Under the pieces are notes generated by a model that saw only the letters and a list, made by a program, of their open reading frames with translations, did no database searches and was not told the DNA's origin. From the NCBI GenBank assembly GCA_016618085.1, contig JABLTG010000014.1, positions 1 through 64,000 on the forward strand: a DNA stretch of 64,000 nt, in the 5' to 3' direction. Within the stretch, counting starts at the first letter, position 1. Each line of letters starts with the position of its first letter. This DNA is from Neovahlkampfia damariscottae (lineage: Eukaryota). A program made the position numbers and the translations under genes. Below, piece by piece: positions 35,736 through 47,635 of this stretch.

Positions 35736-35804
35736 ATTTTTGATCATTTTTCCTTTTTATTTTTTTTGTCCAATGGATTCACTCAAAATTTTTTTCCACT
35801 CTTC

Positions 35805-36527
35805 ATGAAGTTGACAGTGACTCTGTTGATTTTTTTTTCTGTTCTTTGTACAGTACACAGTTATGATGTATATGAAAAATATACATTGACTCAAATCCCA
35901 CAAAAGTGTCAAGAAAAGTACTTTAAAACACAAGAACTGCTTGACAACAATTTCCAAAATTTATTGAAAAAAAAACTGAACAGAAAGGAATTTTTACAAA
36001 TTTCAAAGCCATTAATCCTTGAATTCAAACAGTTTTTTCTCAGAATGAGGATAAAAAAAAATTATTTCAAAATTTTGGTTAAAAAACTGAGAAAAAAAAT
36101 CTCAATGGAATATTGGAAATATCATCTAGAAAAGACTGATGACCCAAAAGAAAGATACACCAAAACAAATTATCAACCTAAAAAAGAGTCAAAAAATGTA
36201 AAACTGGAAGAAGAGATTAGAACAGTAATCCCATTTCTTTTTTTTTAAAATCCATATTAGTTCTTGAATGAAAAACAAGATGAACAAAGATTGAATGAAA
36301 AAAAGACAAACAAAAAACTGGCCAAAGGGAAGATGTTTTATGTTGTCAAAATTTTTTTTTCAATGACAATAATAGCCGTCCCATTTTTTGTATCCTGCGG
36401 TATTCCAGTTGTTTTTTATTCTGTATGTTGCATTTGCTCTGGTTTTTCGTGTTTATTGTTGGGAAAATTCTTTGGAATAGCAACAGCGTTGATCACTTTC
36501 CTTTTGGGACTGTGTTTAATTTGGTAA
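35805..36527 (+). CDS. Hypothetical signal-peptide protein with C-terminal TM segments (2 exons)
   Basis: MKLTVTLLIFFSVLCTVHS; intron near 36225-36260; Cys-rich hydrophobic C-terminus. Confidence 0.55.
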
Positions 36528-36636
36528 TAGAAAATTCACTAATTTCAATAAAAATCAATTAAATTGAGATGTCTTGTCATCAACTTATTTCCAATTTTTG
36601 GAGACTTCTTTCATTGGTCAAACATATCTTCCAAAC

Positions 36637-37411
36637 ATGTCAAAACAAATTCTTCTGTTCATTGTTTTCTTTTTTTTTTCATGTTATGCTATTGAAGAAA
36701 CGTTATATATTGCAGCATGGGATAAAGATACCAAAACTTTAGGACAAGCTTATTCATCTTCTGGTGGAAATTTTTGGCAAACATACATTAAAAATAAAGG
36801 TATGATTGGTGAAGCAGCTTCAGGTTTAAGAGGATGTAGAGGAAGTAAATTACATATTTTCTAAAAATTCATCAGTCAACACAACTCAATTGTTGAATAC
36901 TAAAATGAATGCAACTCAAATTACACAAGTGATTCGTGAAAAGTGTGGAAGTTGGACAAGTTACAGATTAACTATCAATACGTTCAGTGGTAAAGGTGAT
37001 TTAGTTGGTTACATTGCTGCACGTGGATGTCACAGTGGAAACCAAAATTGTGGAATGAAAAAATCAAAAAGATTTGTGATAATGGGTGGAGGTTTGAGAC
37101 CTGGAGTTTTAGAAGCTGGTGAAAAAAAATGGAAGGAATTAGATCAAAAAAAGAGTTTAAAATGTAGACTCTACGAAACAGTTTCATTTTTAAATTTTTA
37201 TTTTTAAAAATAGTTGGCAGAAGTTTATAGAGTAGGTGGTGAAAAAGTACCTTTCAAAGGAGCTTCCATTGCAACTGATAGTAAAAAAGAAGACAAGTTA
37301 TTTTTTGTAAAGGCACATGACAGAACAAGAGGAAATAATTTTTTGTTGAGTGAAATTACAAAACAAATGCCATCAGAATGTTTCAAACATGCAGCAGTAA
37401 AATCAAAATAA
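36637..37411 (+). CDS. Secreted DUF1028-like (Ntn-hydrolase fold) protein, 3 exons
   Basis: After the signal peptide, TLYIAAWDKDTKTLGQAYSS resembles the DUF1028 N-terminal strand T(F/Y)SIVAxDxxTGxxGxA. Confidence 0.5.
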
Positions 37412-37466
37412 AATTAAAAATTGTTCCAATGTCTTCTCATTGGACAAAATTTTTCTTCTTCCAAAA

Positions 37467-40014
37467 ATGCCCCAGAACGAAAAAGATCCAGAATCAATTG
37501 CAATCCCATGTTTTATGGAAGATGGATTTAAAGGTAATTTATATCATTTAAAACTCATTTTTAGCATTTGAGAAGGCAAGAAACGAATCCAAGAATGAAA
37601 CAGAATTTCTATACCTAATAGGACCTCTATTGGAAGAATGGGTAGAAAATACAAGAATAAATTCAACTTTAGAAGGTATATGTCAATGTCCTATCGGTAT
37701 GATACATTTTTTCAAATTCCTTCAACTGGAATGCAACTCCGAAAATCTTCAAGCATACATTGACAGTTTAAGTTTTGCAAGTTTGGTTGAAAAACGAACG
37801 TCAACCATTTTAGACATTAAGGTAAATATAAAACTCAAATCCATCAACTTTTTAAAAGAAAGAAAGAGAAAATTTTCACAACAATTATTTTGACTCAAAT
37901 TCAACTTTGGAAATCAATATTTCAGGAAAATTGATCCAGAAATTTACAAGCATATATGAATTACTTGATAAATTATCGGATGAAGAAGAAGCTTTGAATT
38001 CATGGAAAACGAAAATGTGTGAAGAAATTTTTCCGGAAATTTTAGATGAACTATTAACCAATTTATCAGATCCATTTTCAAGGTTTATAAACTCAACATT
38101 ATTCACAGAACTATGTAAATGGATATATGCTGAAGGATTTCAAGATTACCGTGAAAGATTAACTCAAAAAAAACAACAACGTTTAATATTGAATGAATTA
38201 ATAAAATGGGATAAAGACCTAAAAACATCATCCATTTTATTGATTGTTGAGAATGCTTTGAAATATGTAACAAGTATAATTCAAAAAAAAGAGTACTGGA
38301 AAATGAATGGTAATTTAGATTATGAAATAGTTCAAAAACAATGTCATTCATGGATGAAATTATCAGAAATAGTTTCTCAATTACAAGTTGTTGATTTGAG
38401 AACATTAAATGAAAATGAAAAAAGAGTCTTTTTCATGAATATTTATAATTTATTGATTCTTCATGGAGCCATTGAATCAGATGGAATTACAAACTCAATT
38501 ACCAAAAGGACCATTTACTTCAGAGAAACTTTTTATAATATTGGTGGTGAATATTATTCATTGGAAGTTATTTTACATGGAATTCTAAGAGTATCTTATT
38601 TTTGTTGTTTAAATCAATTCAATAGGGAAATATCAATTATTCAAATACAATATCAATGAATTCTGACCATAAATTCATTTCAAAAAATGATCCTAAAAAT
38701 GAATTCATTTTGCCATATAAATCACCTGATCTTTTATTTGGATTGATGACTTTGACATCTGTATCACCAGATTTTGTCATTTTTGATGTGAATACATTCG
38801 AAAAACAATTAAATGAAGTTAAATTGAAATTTATTAAACAAAATGTCATCATTAATCACAATTCAAAAAATGTCATTTTGCCATCAATATTTACTGATTT
38901 CAAGAAAGATTTCAAATTGAAAAATAAAAAAGAAGATGTTTCTATTAAAGCATATTTAGAACAAATTTTCAATTTCAATTTTAAAGAATATTCATTGATT
39001 GAAACAGAAATGAATTTTGAATTATGTTATTTTGCATATTTTGAACACAAAGAGGATGTTGAAATTTTGAAGAACAGAATTAACTTTCAAAAGATTTCTT
39101 CATTGAATCAAATGAAACAAAATCAAACATTAAAACAAAAAGTCGACATAAAATTGGAACAAATTGAATTTGGACTGGTTCCATTGAACGAAATTGAAAA
39201 AATGACATCTATTCAAATTTATGGTAAGTACTGTTACTTGATTAATTTTTTTTTAGCTTGGGTGTTGAAATTTTTAAGTACACAATGTGGAATTGAAATC
39301 TTCACAACAAAAAAATTATTTAAAACATATGAAAATTCATTCTCAACTGATACACTCATTTCTTGGTTTGAGAATCAAAGAATCACAAATCGAAAAAAAG
39401 CATTGAAATTTATTCAAAAATTACATGATATTTGTGTTATTATTATCATCTCAGGTGATTCAACCATTGTTGATTCATCAAATCAAATTTTACAAATTCA
39501 AGTAATTTCATCCATTGATTCATATTTTTTAAAGAATGAAGTTTTAGATCACATTGAAGAGTCATCTATTTATTGTGGAATATTAAAAATTGAAGGAGTT
39601 TTATCAACTACAACTTACACTGCTTATTTATATCCAAGAGCTTTAATTTTAACAATTAGAGGAATAGTAATGAAAGTTTATCGAGTTGGTTCATTTGATT
39701 CTCACTGTGATTGTTATAGTAAAAAAAGAGATTGTTATGAATCAATTGTTCAAAAATGTTCATACAAGAATTTTTATTTTGTTTTATTACCTTATACAAT
39801 CATCAATTTTGGGACCGAATCCACTGAAGAATTGGGAAAATGGTTAAGTGCATTTTCTAAAATTGAAGGATGTTCTTCATTTAAAGATCAATTTGATGAA
39901 CAGAAATCATTTTTTTATCGTTCTTTACAAAAAATTAAAATATTGGAAAACAAAAAGCAATCAAGTTCCGAATCTCCTGATTTGGAAAATTTGAAAGAAA
40001 TTATTAACCAATAG
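37467..40014 (+). CDS. RGS + DUF547 + DEP-like + PH protein (paralog B of 9855-12278), multi-exon
   Basis: Colinear similarity to paralog A: CPIG..FFKFLQ.E.NSENLQAYID, QLQVVDL, ETFYNIGGE.YS, LFKTYENSF, VYLYP/AYLYP. Confidence 0.8.
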
Positions 40015-40041
40015 ATTTGAATCAAAATCAAACTTGAAAAA

Positions 40042-40422
40042 ATGGTTGAAACCAAACATCATGATCATTCTTGTAACATCTCAAACCTTATTTTATTTGT
40101 CATTTTATCTTCTTTTGTGATAATCATTGCGTATGTTATTCAATTTAGAGGTGCTACCATTGCAAACTATCCAATATCACCACATAAAATAAATGAATGG
40201 ATTGATCAACAAAAATATCCACTAATAGTTCAAGTTTGTCAAGAAATACTTCAAAAAGGGTTCATTTCAAAAGATAGATTCAATGATGTTTTTAAAAATG
40301 AAAAAGAATGGAAAGATGAATTATCAAAATCAAATCTTTTTCAATTTGACAAAGAAAAACTATTTTTCGGAAATGTTGCCACAAAAGAATATATCAAAGC
40401 TCATTTAGAGAATAACAAATAA
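40042..40422 (+). CDS. Hypothetical single-TM protein
   Basis: 126-aa ATG ORF with one hydrophobic helix, filling the space between neighbouring genes. Confidence 0.55.
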   Translation: MVETKHHDHSCNISNLILFVILSSFVIIIAYVIQFRGATIANYPISPHKINEWIDQQKYPLIVQVCQEILQKGFISKDRFNDVFKNEKEWKDELSKSNLFQFDKEKLFFGNVATKEYIKAHLENNK

Positions 40423-40430
40423 ATCAAGAT

Positions 40431-41960
40431 TTAATTTGCTTCATTTACCCAATTTGATTTAACAATTGATCTGATAATTTGAATTCCTCTGTGACCAAAA
40501 ATTGGATGTTCTTCTTCTTGTAATCTGTCAGCAATTTTTTTTGCTGCTTCATCAGATCCAATATTTTTATCCTCTGCCTCATTTAACACATCCATTGTTG
40601 TGTTAAAAATTGAATGTTTCCAAGTTCTTGCAAAGTGTTTTTCAATAGCTTCATCATTTTCTACGTATCCATAACTTTCATTTGCACAATTAACAATACC
40701 CATTCTATTATTCAAGAAATCAGGAACGTAAACAATTCCTCTTTCTTTGAGCATTTTATCAATTGAAGCATTTGCTAATTGATTATTTGCTGCACCACAA
40801 ATCTATGAAAAAAACTAAATAAAAAAATAAAGGTGACTTACAACTGGCGCTTTGATTTTTGAAACAAGTTCTTCTGTAATTATACCTCCTAATGCATTTG
40901 GTGCGAGAACATCACATTCTTCCTCAAGAATGCTATTATCATCACGTTCTGTTAACACAAATTTAACTCTATTGTCAGATTTAAACATGTTTTTTGCTCT
41001 ATTGAGAACATTTTCATTAATATCTGATGCAATAATTTCTGAAACATCTTTTGCTAATAAATAACCAATCATAAATGATGCAACGTTTCCAGCTCCTTGC
41101 ATGACAATTTTTTTTCCTTTTAAAGTATCTCCTGCTTTTCTGAAATGAAGTCCACCTTCCATTCCACTGACCTTAAGGATTAATACTCTATTCATTTTAA
41201 TACTGTTCCTTTTGCTGTCATTCCTGATGGATTTCCAGAACCACCAAATTGTTTTGGAATACAAGTGATAAATCTAGAAGTTTTGAACATTCTTGCTGTA
41301 TCTGCTTCTGTTAAACCAACATCTTCAGCTCCATAGTAACTATTAAATTTTGTTAAAAAAGAAAAATAAGCAATACCATCCTCTTAAACTTGTTACAAAT
41401 CTTCCATATTCACCAAATAGTAAATCACGATATTGATCATCTGAATAATTTGAATGATTGTTTTTAGCAATGAGTCCTTTTCCACCACCCCACCAAATTC
41501 CTGCAAGAGCAGATTTTCTTCCCATACCTTGTGACAAACGAAGACCATCTGTTACAAAATCTGTCACATTATTATAATTCCATAATCTAGCTCCACCATG
41601 ACCTGCTCCTCTTGTTGTATTTGATATAAAAGCTCCAAACAAAGAATCTGTTTTTTCATTATATTCAAAGAAAGAAGCCTTTCATGTGAATTGTGTTAAA
41701 AACTTTACCTCGTGTTTTGCAAAATCTTTGGATTCATTTTGATAAAAATCTGCAACTTCATCAAAAATTCCTCCTGAAGAAGTCAATTGACCTTTGTCAA
41801 AAACAACAAATCCTCTTTTTGTTCCAGTTTTTTTTAAGTGTTGACAAAAGGTTGAAACGTCCATTTTCTGAATGAAATTCATGAATTTTAAAGCAAATTA
41901 GATTACCACGGAGTAACATCTTGAAGTGTTGACAAATTTTTTGAGTGAAGATTTGAACAT
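40431..41960 (-). CDS. Glu/Leu/Phe/Val amino-acid dehydrogenase, probably mitochondrial (multi-exon)
   Basis: GHGGARL, MGRKSALAG..GGGKG, YGAEDVG, QGAGNVA, CGAANNQL, YVPDF; spliced first exon MFKSSLKKFVNTSRCYSV resembles a mitochondrial presequence. Confidence 0.9.
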
Positions 41961-42287
41961 GGAAAAAAATTTCGAAAGTGTAAGCCAATCAAAAAAGTTG
42001 AAGAAAAGAATCTTCAAAAAGATTTGCTATCAAAATAAAAATTGAAAAAAATAATCCAATTGTAATTGAATCATAAAAAAAAGTCTGACAAAACAGCGTT
42101 CAACGTTCTTTCAACAAAACTTGGACATCGAAAAAAAAAAAACTTTCACTTTTCCATAGATGAACTAAATTGTGTTCTTTGGTGTTTTTCAATGTTATTA
42201 ATTTTCACTTTTTGTTTTTTTTGCTTTTTTTAAATAACAGTGATTGGTCAATTTTCAACTGTCCACAAAAAGCAAACAAAACAACTC

Positions 42288-43024
42288 ATGGGTAAATTAA
42301 CCTAAAACTCAAAATAAACATAGGTACACATCCTTGGCACGATTTAGAAATTGGAAAAGACGCTCCAAACACATTCAATGCAGTTATTGAAATTCCAAAA
42401 GGGTCAAAAGTTAAATATGAACTTGATAAAGCAACAGGTCTTTTAAAAGTTGACCGTATTCTTTATTCATCAGTTGTTTATCCATGGAATTATGGATTTA
42501 TTCCAAAAACATATGGTGAAGATCATGACCCTCTTGATGTAGTTGTTTTGAATCAACTTGCTGTTTATCCATTATCTGTTTTAAGAGTTAGACCTATTGG
42601 AGTAATTTTTTTCAAAATTTTAATTTTTTTTCCACATAGGTTATGGAAATGATTGACCAAGGCGAAAAAGATGATAAAATTGTTTGTGTTCATATTGATG
42701 ATCCAGAATATAAAGACTATACAAATATTGATCAATTTCCAAAACATATTCTTGAAGAATTAAAATTGTATAAAAAAACAAAAAATTAATTTTTTTTATT
42801 TTCGTAGATTTTTTGAAGATTATAAGAAATTAGAAAAAAAAGAAGTCAAAGTACCAGGATTTAAAGGTCCAGATGAAGCAAAAAAAATTGTTCAAGACGG
42901 AATTAGAGATTACGTAAAATACATGGAAATGCAAGAAGAATTGACACCACAAAAAAAGAGTCCAAACTTTCAATCTTATGTTAAAAATTTTGTTGTTCCA
43001 GTTCCTGAAAATCAAAAAAAATAA
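42288..43024 (+). CDS. PPA: Soluble inorganic pyrophosphatase (family I, plant/bacterial type), 4 exons
   Basis: [53 protein letters not shown]; first coding exon is only ATGG; missed by the ORF track. Confidence 0.95.
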
Positions 43025-43079
43025 AATCTATTTTGCTCCAATTAAATCTCATATTTTTTTTTTTGTTTATTCCTCATGA

Positions 43080-44810
43080 ATGGAACAAGTAAAAGATTTT
43101 GTAAATGAAGAAACTGTATTGAATGCTTATATTTTTGGATCAAGAGCATATGGAACTGACACCCAAGATTCAGATTGGGATTATATCTTTGTAGTAACAG
43201 ATGATTTTAATTATAAACTTGATTCCAACTCGGAAAAACAAATATTTAAAATAAATGACAACAAAAAAGGATTTAGAATCATGATATCAACAAATGATTA
43301 TAATATCAGTTTATACAAAAAATCAACCTTTACAAAATTAGTTGAAGAAAATATGATTTGGGTTTTGTTTTGTATTCATGTTCCAAAAGAGTTTATATTG
43401 AAAGAAAAAGTTAATTTTAAAACAATTCCTGTTCGTTTTTCTCAAATTCAAAAAAGTATTTTGACTGAGTCATCAAGATGTTGGAGAAAAGCAAAAAACT
43501 TATTCAAAGAAAAACAATATATAAAAGCAAAGAAATTGTTAGTTTATACATTTATGTATATTGATTGGGGTATTCAAATTTATAAATATGATACGATTAA
43601 TGATAATTCATGCGCAAAAGAGAAGAGAGAAAAAATCATTTTTGATCCATCAAATGATTGGAAACATTTTGAACAATTATATCTGAAAGAATATTTAAAA
43701 TTAGAAGATGATTTCACTTCAATGATGTCTCATAAGTTTTTGAATTTATCCGAAATCCAATCAAATGAAAATTCCATTTGCGACTTGAAATTTATTTTGA
43801 ACAAATACTCACCAAAAAATTTAATCAAAGAATTTTCAATTTCATCAATATTTCATTTCAAATATTCAAATTTATGTCGTTTGGAATTGAATGAAAAGGA
43901 ATCTCCTTTGCACTATGATTTCGTTCAAATTTGTAATCATATCGTTGTTGACCAAAAAAATGATTGGAAAATAGTTGTTCCACCTTCTTTTAATTTTGAA
44001 AATGAATTTGAAGTCACAAAAAAATTCAAAAGATTCTATTCTTTTGAAGTTAAAATTTTCTATTACAAAGAGGAATGGATTTGTTCACCCATGAAAAATG
44101 ATTTAGAAAATGAATTTTGGAGAATATGGAATTCACTTAATTATCAATTTCCAAATGAAAATTACGTCAATTATTGTTTTACATTTGATTTAATATCAAT
44201 CAAATTTCCTTTTATTTTTAAACCTCAAAAAGATGATTTAATTCTGGTTCAATCACAAAAATTTATAGACAAAAAATGGGTCTCAATCCCTCATAAACAA
44301 TCATTATTCAATTGGAATATTATGATGATCAATATAGATGAATCTATTGAATTGAATCCAACCAAAGAAACAGGTTTGATTTTAACCAATGAAAATGGAA
44401 ATTTCAAATTTGAAAAATCTATTTCATACTTGTCAATCTTATCATTGAAGAATTACCTCAATGAATATGATTCTTTACTTCTTGAAAAGGAAAAATATCT
44501 TTATGAAATACTTTGGAATGTCATTAGATTATTTCCAGAAGAAACTCATTCAATTATCATTGATCAAAAAGAGTTAAAACCATTTTATAATGATGTTTTA
44601 GGGAATTATAAAAAAATTATCAAAAAAGTTCAACCGATTTATGATTCTATTAAATCATGTGAAAAAATTGAGTTTTTCAAAAAATCATCGAAATACAAAT
44701 TCAAAACAATTCTATTTGATATGAAAAATCAAAATTTAACAAAAGTAAATGATATCTTGAAATACTCAAATTATCAATATTCAAAAATCAATTCAACTTT
44801 TAATGCATAA
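43080..44810 (+). CDS. Pol-beta-type nucleotidyltransferase fused to a degenerate T4 RNA ligase 1-like domain
   Basis: FGSRAYGTDTQDSDWDY (GS..DxD). The second half (HFKYSNL..ESPL..VQICNHIVVD..WKIVVPP.FNF) resembles the Rnl1 N-terminus but has no KxDG. Confidence 0.65.
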   Translation: MEQVKDFVNEETVLNAYIFGSRAYGTDTQDSDWDYIFVVTDDFNYKLDSNSEKQIFKINDNKKGFRIMISTNDYNISLYKKSTFTKLVEENMIWVLFCIHVPKEFILKEKVNFKTIPVRFSQIQKSILTESSRCWRKAKNLFKEKQYIKAKKLLVYTFMYIDWGIQIYKYDTINDNSCAKEKREKIIFDPSNDWKHFEQLYLKEYLKLEDDFTSMMSHKFLNLSEIQSNENSICDLKFILNKYSPKNLIKEFSISSIFHFKYSNLCRLELNEKESPLHYDFVQICNHIVVDQKNDWKIVVPPSFNFENEFEVTKKFKRFYSFEVKIFYYKEEWICSPMKNDLENEFWRIWNSLNYQFPNENYVNYCFTFDLISIKFPFIFKPQKDDLILVQSQKFIDKKWVSIPHKQSLFNWNIMMINIDESIELNPTKETGLILTNENGNFKFEKSISYLSILSLKNYLNEYDSLLLEKEKYLYEILWNVIRLFPEETHSIIIDQKELKPFYNDVLGNYKKIIKKVQPIYDSIKSCEKIEFFKKSSKYKFKTILFDMKNQNLTKVNDILKYSNYQYSKINSTFNA

Positions 44811-44962
44811 AATAATCAGTTTGTCCTAAAATAGACAAACGTGATTTTAAGGATGATATCATTTGGGATGAATACAAATATAGAAAATTAAATATGGTAA
44901 TATATTTACCCCAAATCTTTTAAAACCTGAAATTTTTATGATTTTCCTTCACCCTTTGAAAG

Positions 44963-45847
44963 ATGAAATCTTCAATTTATTTATTTGCTTTATGCTTAAT
45001 TTTATTCATGGTTGGACAATCAAATGCTATCATTGCAAAACCTAGATGTCACAAGAAAGGTGCAATTTCATGTGCTACAAAATGTATGAAAAAAGTTAAA
45101 AAAATTCCAGTCAAATATTGCACAAAACATTTTAAATTAGGAAAGAAATATAGAAAATGTACTTGGAAAAAACTCAAAGCTCTTTGTAAGCACAAATGTA
45201 AACTTGGAGCAAAGAGATGTTGGAATGTTTGTAAATATAAAAAGTGCTATGGAAAGAAAGTTAAAGTTTGTAAAAGAAAATGTTTCCAAAAAAGAAAATG
45301 TTGTAATCAATGTCAATACAGAAAATTAAAAAGTTGTTGGTATGATAGATTACCAGGTAAAATTGTTACAAAATGTAAAAAAGTATGGAAATCGAAGAAA
45401 TTTAGACATTGCGTTAAGAGATGCACATATACAACAAATCATTGCAGTAAGAAATGTGCATATGTTAAAATTCCAAAAAAATACAAAAAATGTGTCAGAT
45501 ATATCAAGAAGAAATCATCAGTTAAGAAAATTTGCTCTTTCAAAAAATGGATCAATAAATGTAATAAGATTTGTCAAAAGAAAAGATATTGTGCAAATAA
45601 ATGCTATTGGACGACATGTGATGGTAAAAAAATCAGAAAATGTAAATACAAATGTTGGAAAGGAAAGAGTTGCAAAAATGTTTGTTGTAAACATAAACAA
45701 ATCAAATGTTATATGAAAAGAGTTCCTGCAAAATATGCAACAAGATGTAAATCATATTTCACATTAAAAAAAGTTAAAAAATGTTACAAAAAATGTTTCA
45801 AAAAAGTGAAAGTTGTTCTCATTAAAAAAGGAATTGTAAAAAAATAA
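44963..45847 (+). CDS. Secreted Cys/Lys-rich repeat protein
   Basis: Signal peptide; dense C and K; recurring CxxxC and GKK(V/I)xxCxxKC units. Confidence 0.8.
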   Translation: MKSSIYLFALCLILFMVGQSNAIIAKPRCHKKGAISCATKCMKKVKKIPVKYCTKHFKLGKKYRKCTWKKLKALCKHKCKLGAKRCWNVCKYKKCYGKKVKVCKRKCFQKRKCCNQCQYRKLKSCWYDRLPGKIVTKCKKVWKSKKFRHCVKRCTYTTNHCSKKCAYVKIPKKYKKCVRYIKKKSSVKKICSFKKWINKCNKICQKKRYCANKCYWTTCDGKKIRKCKYKCWKGKSCKNVCCKHKQIKCYMKRVPAKYATRCKSYFTLKKVKKCYKKCFKKVKVVLIKKGIVKK

Positions 45848-45906
45848 ATTTTTCAATTTAAATCATACTTCATTATTACAATCAAATCTTGGTTGTTCAA
45901 ATTGTA

Positions 45907-47553
45907 TCAATTGAAATCATATTTGATCATTACATTTCCATTTGCATCGAAAATACCATCAAAATGATCTTTTGGATGTAAGCAATCATTTGGCCATTCA
46001 TTCTCATGTAATTTGTATTTGTAATCCCCAAAAATTATCAAATTATTTGTTGGTTGATGCCAATGAAGAAAATCAGGTGTAGTATTTCCTGTTGACAATT
46101 CATATAAGCAATTATGTTTTCTGAGATCAAATCCAACAATTCCTTCATTTTGACCTCCAAAAAATGCAAATGGAATACCATTCCCATTCACTAAACAACT
46201 TGTAGATATGGATTCACAATTGAAATCAAAACTTAAAACACATTCAGTTGTTCTGTTATCCCAAAGTTTTCCGTATCCATCCAAGGAACATGTTAAAATC
46301 ATATTCGGAAAATTTGGTGTTGAAATAAAATTTGTCACATAATTTGAATGTCCAATGAATATTCCAGTTTCAATTCCTTTTTCGATATCAAATTTTGAGA
46401 ATGATATTTTACAATCATTGAGTAGAATTGAATTATCTTCATTTTCACCATATATTCGATCTATAAATACATTTCTTCCACCTTCTTCAAAAATGGGATA
46501 TTTATGATAGTCAAATGTTTGTTTTCTATCTCTTTGACATCTGAGTCCATTGTCTCCATAAGAAATCAACACACTGTCAATATTTGTCATTGACTGATTA
46601 TTTTTGATCATATAATCCCTAATTTTTTTACGTTCTTTGATTGAATAAACTTCTATTTTATCATCAGTCGATATAAAATATTCATCATTTTTTGAGTTTA
46701 AAAGAATATCCGAAATATCATTGTCAAGAGTAGATATCTTTGTATTGTTCAATTTAGAATCTAAAAACATCAAATAATTTTCATTTTCATTTTCATTCAT
46801 ACAATAAAGTATGTTTTCATCATCATGAGAAGTCATAAATGTCATTCCAATTTTTTCAAAATTCATTTTACAATTTGACTTTGATAACTTTCTTGCGATA
46901 TTCAATCTGTCATAGTCATCATGGATCACATAATTTTTTGAAAATAATGAAAATTTAGAAGCTTTTTCAATTATAAAATTTGGTTTGATAATTTTAACTT
47001 GTTGATCTTTTTCTGCTTCCATTAATTTGAATGTCTCTGAATTTTTGAATTCTGGAAAGGATGAAAAATAGTCATAAGTTGAATCTTTTGAAGTCTTTAA
47101 ACTCATTTTTTCATGAATCAAAAATGAATAGTCTTTAATATTCAATCGACCAGTTGCATTTGATGATATTTTATCAATTAAGAGAATTAATTTACTTTTG
47201 ACATTATTTTGAAAAATTATATCATTATTACTTATATTTTTCGAATTTAAATAAAATAATGATTTTATGACCTCTTCAAAAAGTTCATTTCTTTCTGAAT
47301 AAAATTCATCATCTCTTAAATCATCATCAGATTGATTTAAAAACACTTGTACTTTATTAAAAATCAAATCTAATTCTTGATAAATTGTTGGTGAATATTT
47401 TAATTTTATGTTTGGATTTGGACAAATATTCTGATGTAGAGTAAAATCTAATTCTTTACAATTTTCGTATGGACAATAAAATGTTTCGCAATTTAGACAT
47501 TTATTTGTTTTGTTTATTTTTTTTTTACAAAATTCACACTTCACTTCTTTCAT
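45907..47553 (-). CDS. MYND-like zinc finger + WD40 protein
   Basis: CEFC..CLNCETFYC..C..HQNIC; GHSNYV..TCSLDGYGKLWD; VGFDLR. Confidence 0.7.
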   Translation of the reverse strand: MKEVKCEFCKKKINKTNKCLNCETFYCPYENCKELDFTLHQNICPNPNIKLKYSPTIYQELDLIFNKVQVFLNQSDDDLRDDEFYSERNELFEEVIKSLFYLNSKNISNNDIIFQNNVKSKLILLIDKISSNATGRLNIKDYSFLIHEKMSLKTSKDSTYDYFSSFPEFKNSETFKLMEAEKDQQVKIIKPNFIIEKASKFSLFSKNYVIHDDYDRLNIARKLSKSNCKMNFEKIGMTFMTSHDDENILYCMNENENENYLMFLDSKLNNTKISTLDNDISDILLNSKNDEYFISTDDKIEVYSIKERKKIRDYMIKNNQSMTNIDSVLISYGDNGLRCQRDRKQTFDYHKYPIFEEGGRNVFIDRIYGENEDNSILLNDCKISFSKFDIEKGIETGIFIGHSNYVTNFISTPNFPNMILTCSLDGYGKLWDNRTTECVLSFDFNCESISTSCLVNGNGIPFAFFGGQNEGIVGFDLRKHNCLYELSTGNTTPDFLHWHQPTNNLIIFGDYKYKLHENEWPNDCLHPKDHFDGIFDANGNVMIKYDFN

Positions 47554-47635
47554 TTTTTTTGTTTTTAAAACTCCTGAAATCAACCAATCAAAATCTTATT
47601 TCTAATCCAACGACAAATCCAAAGAAAAAGAGACG

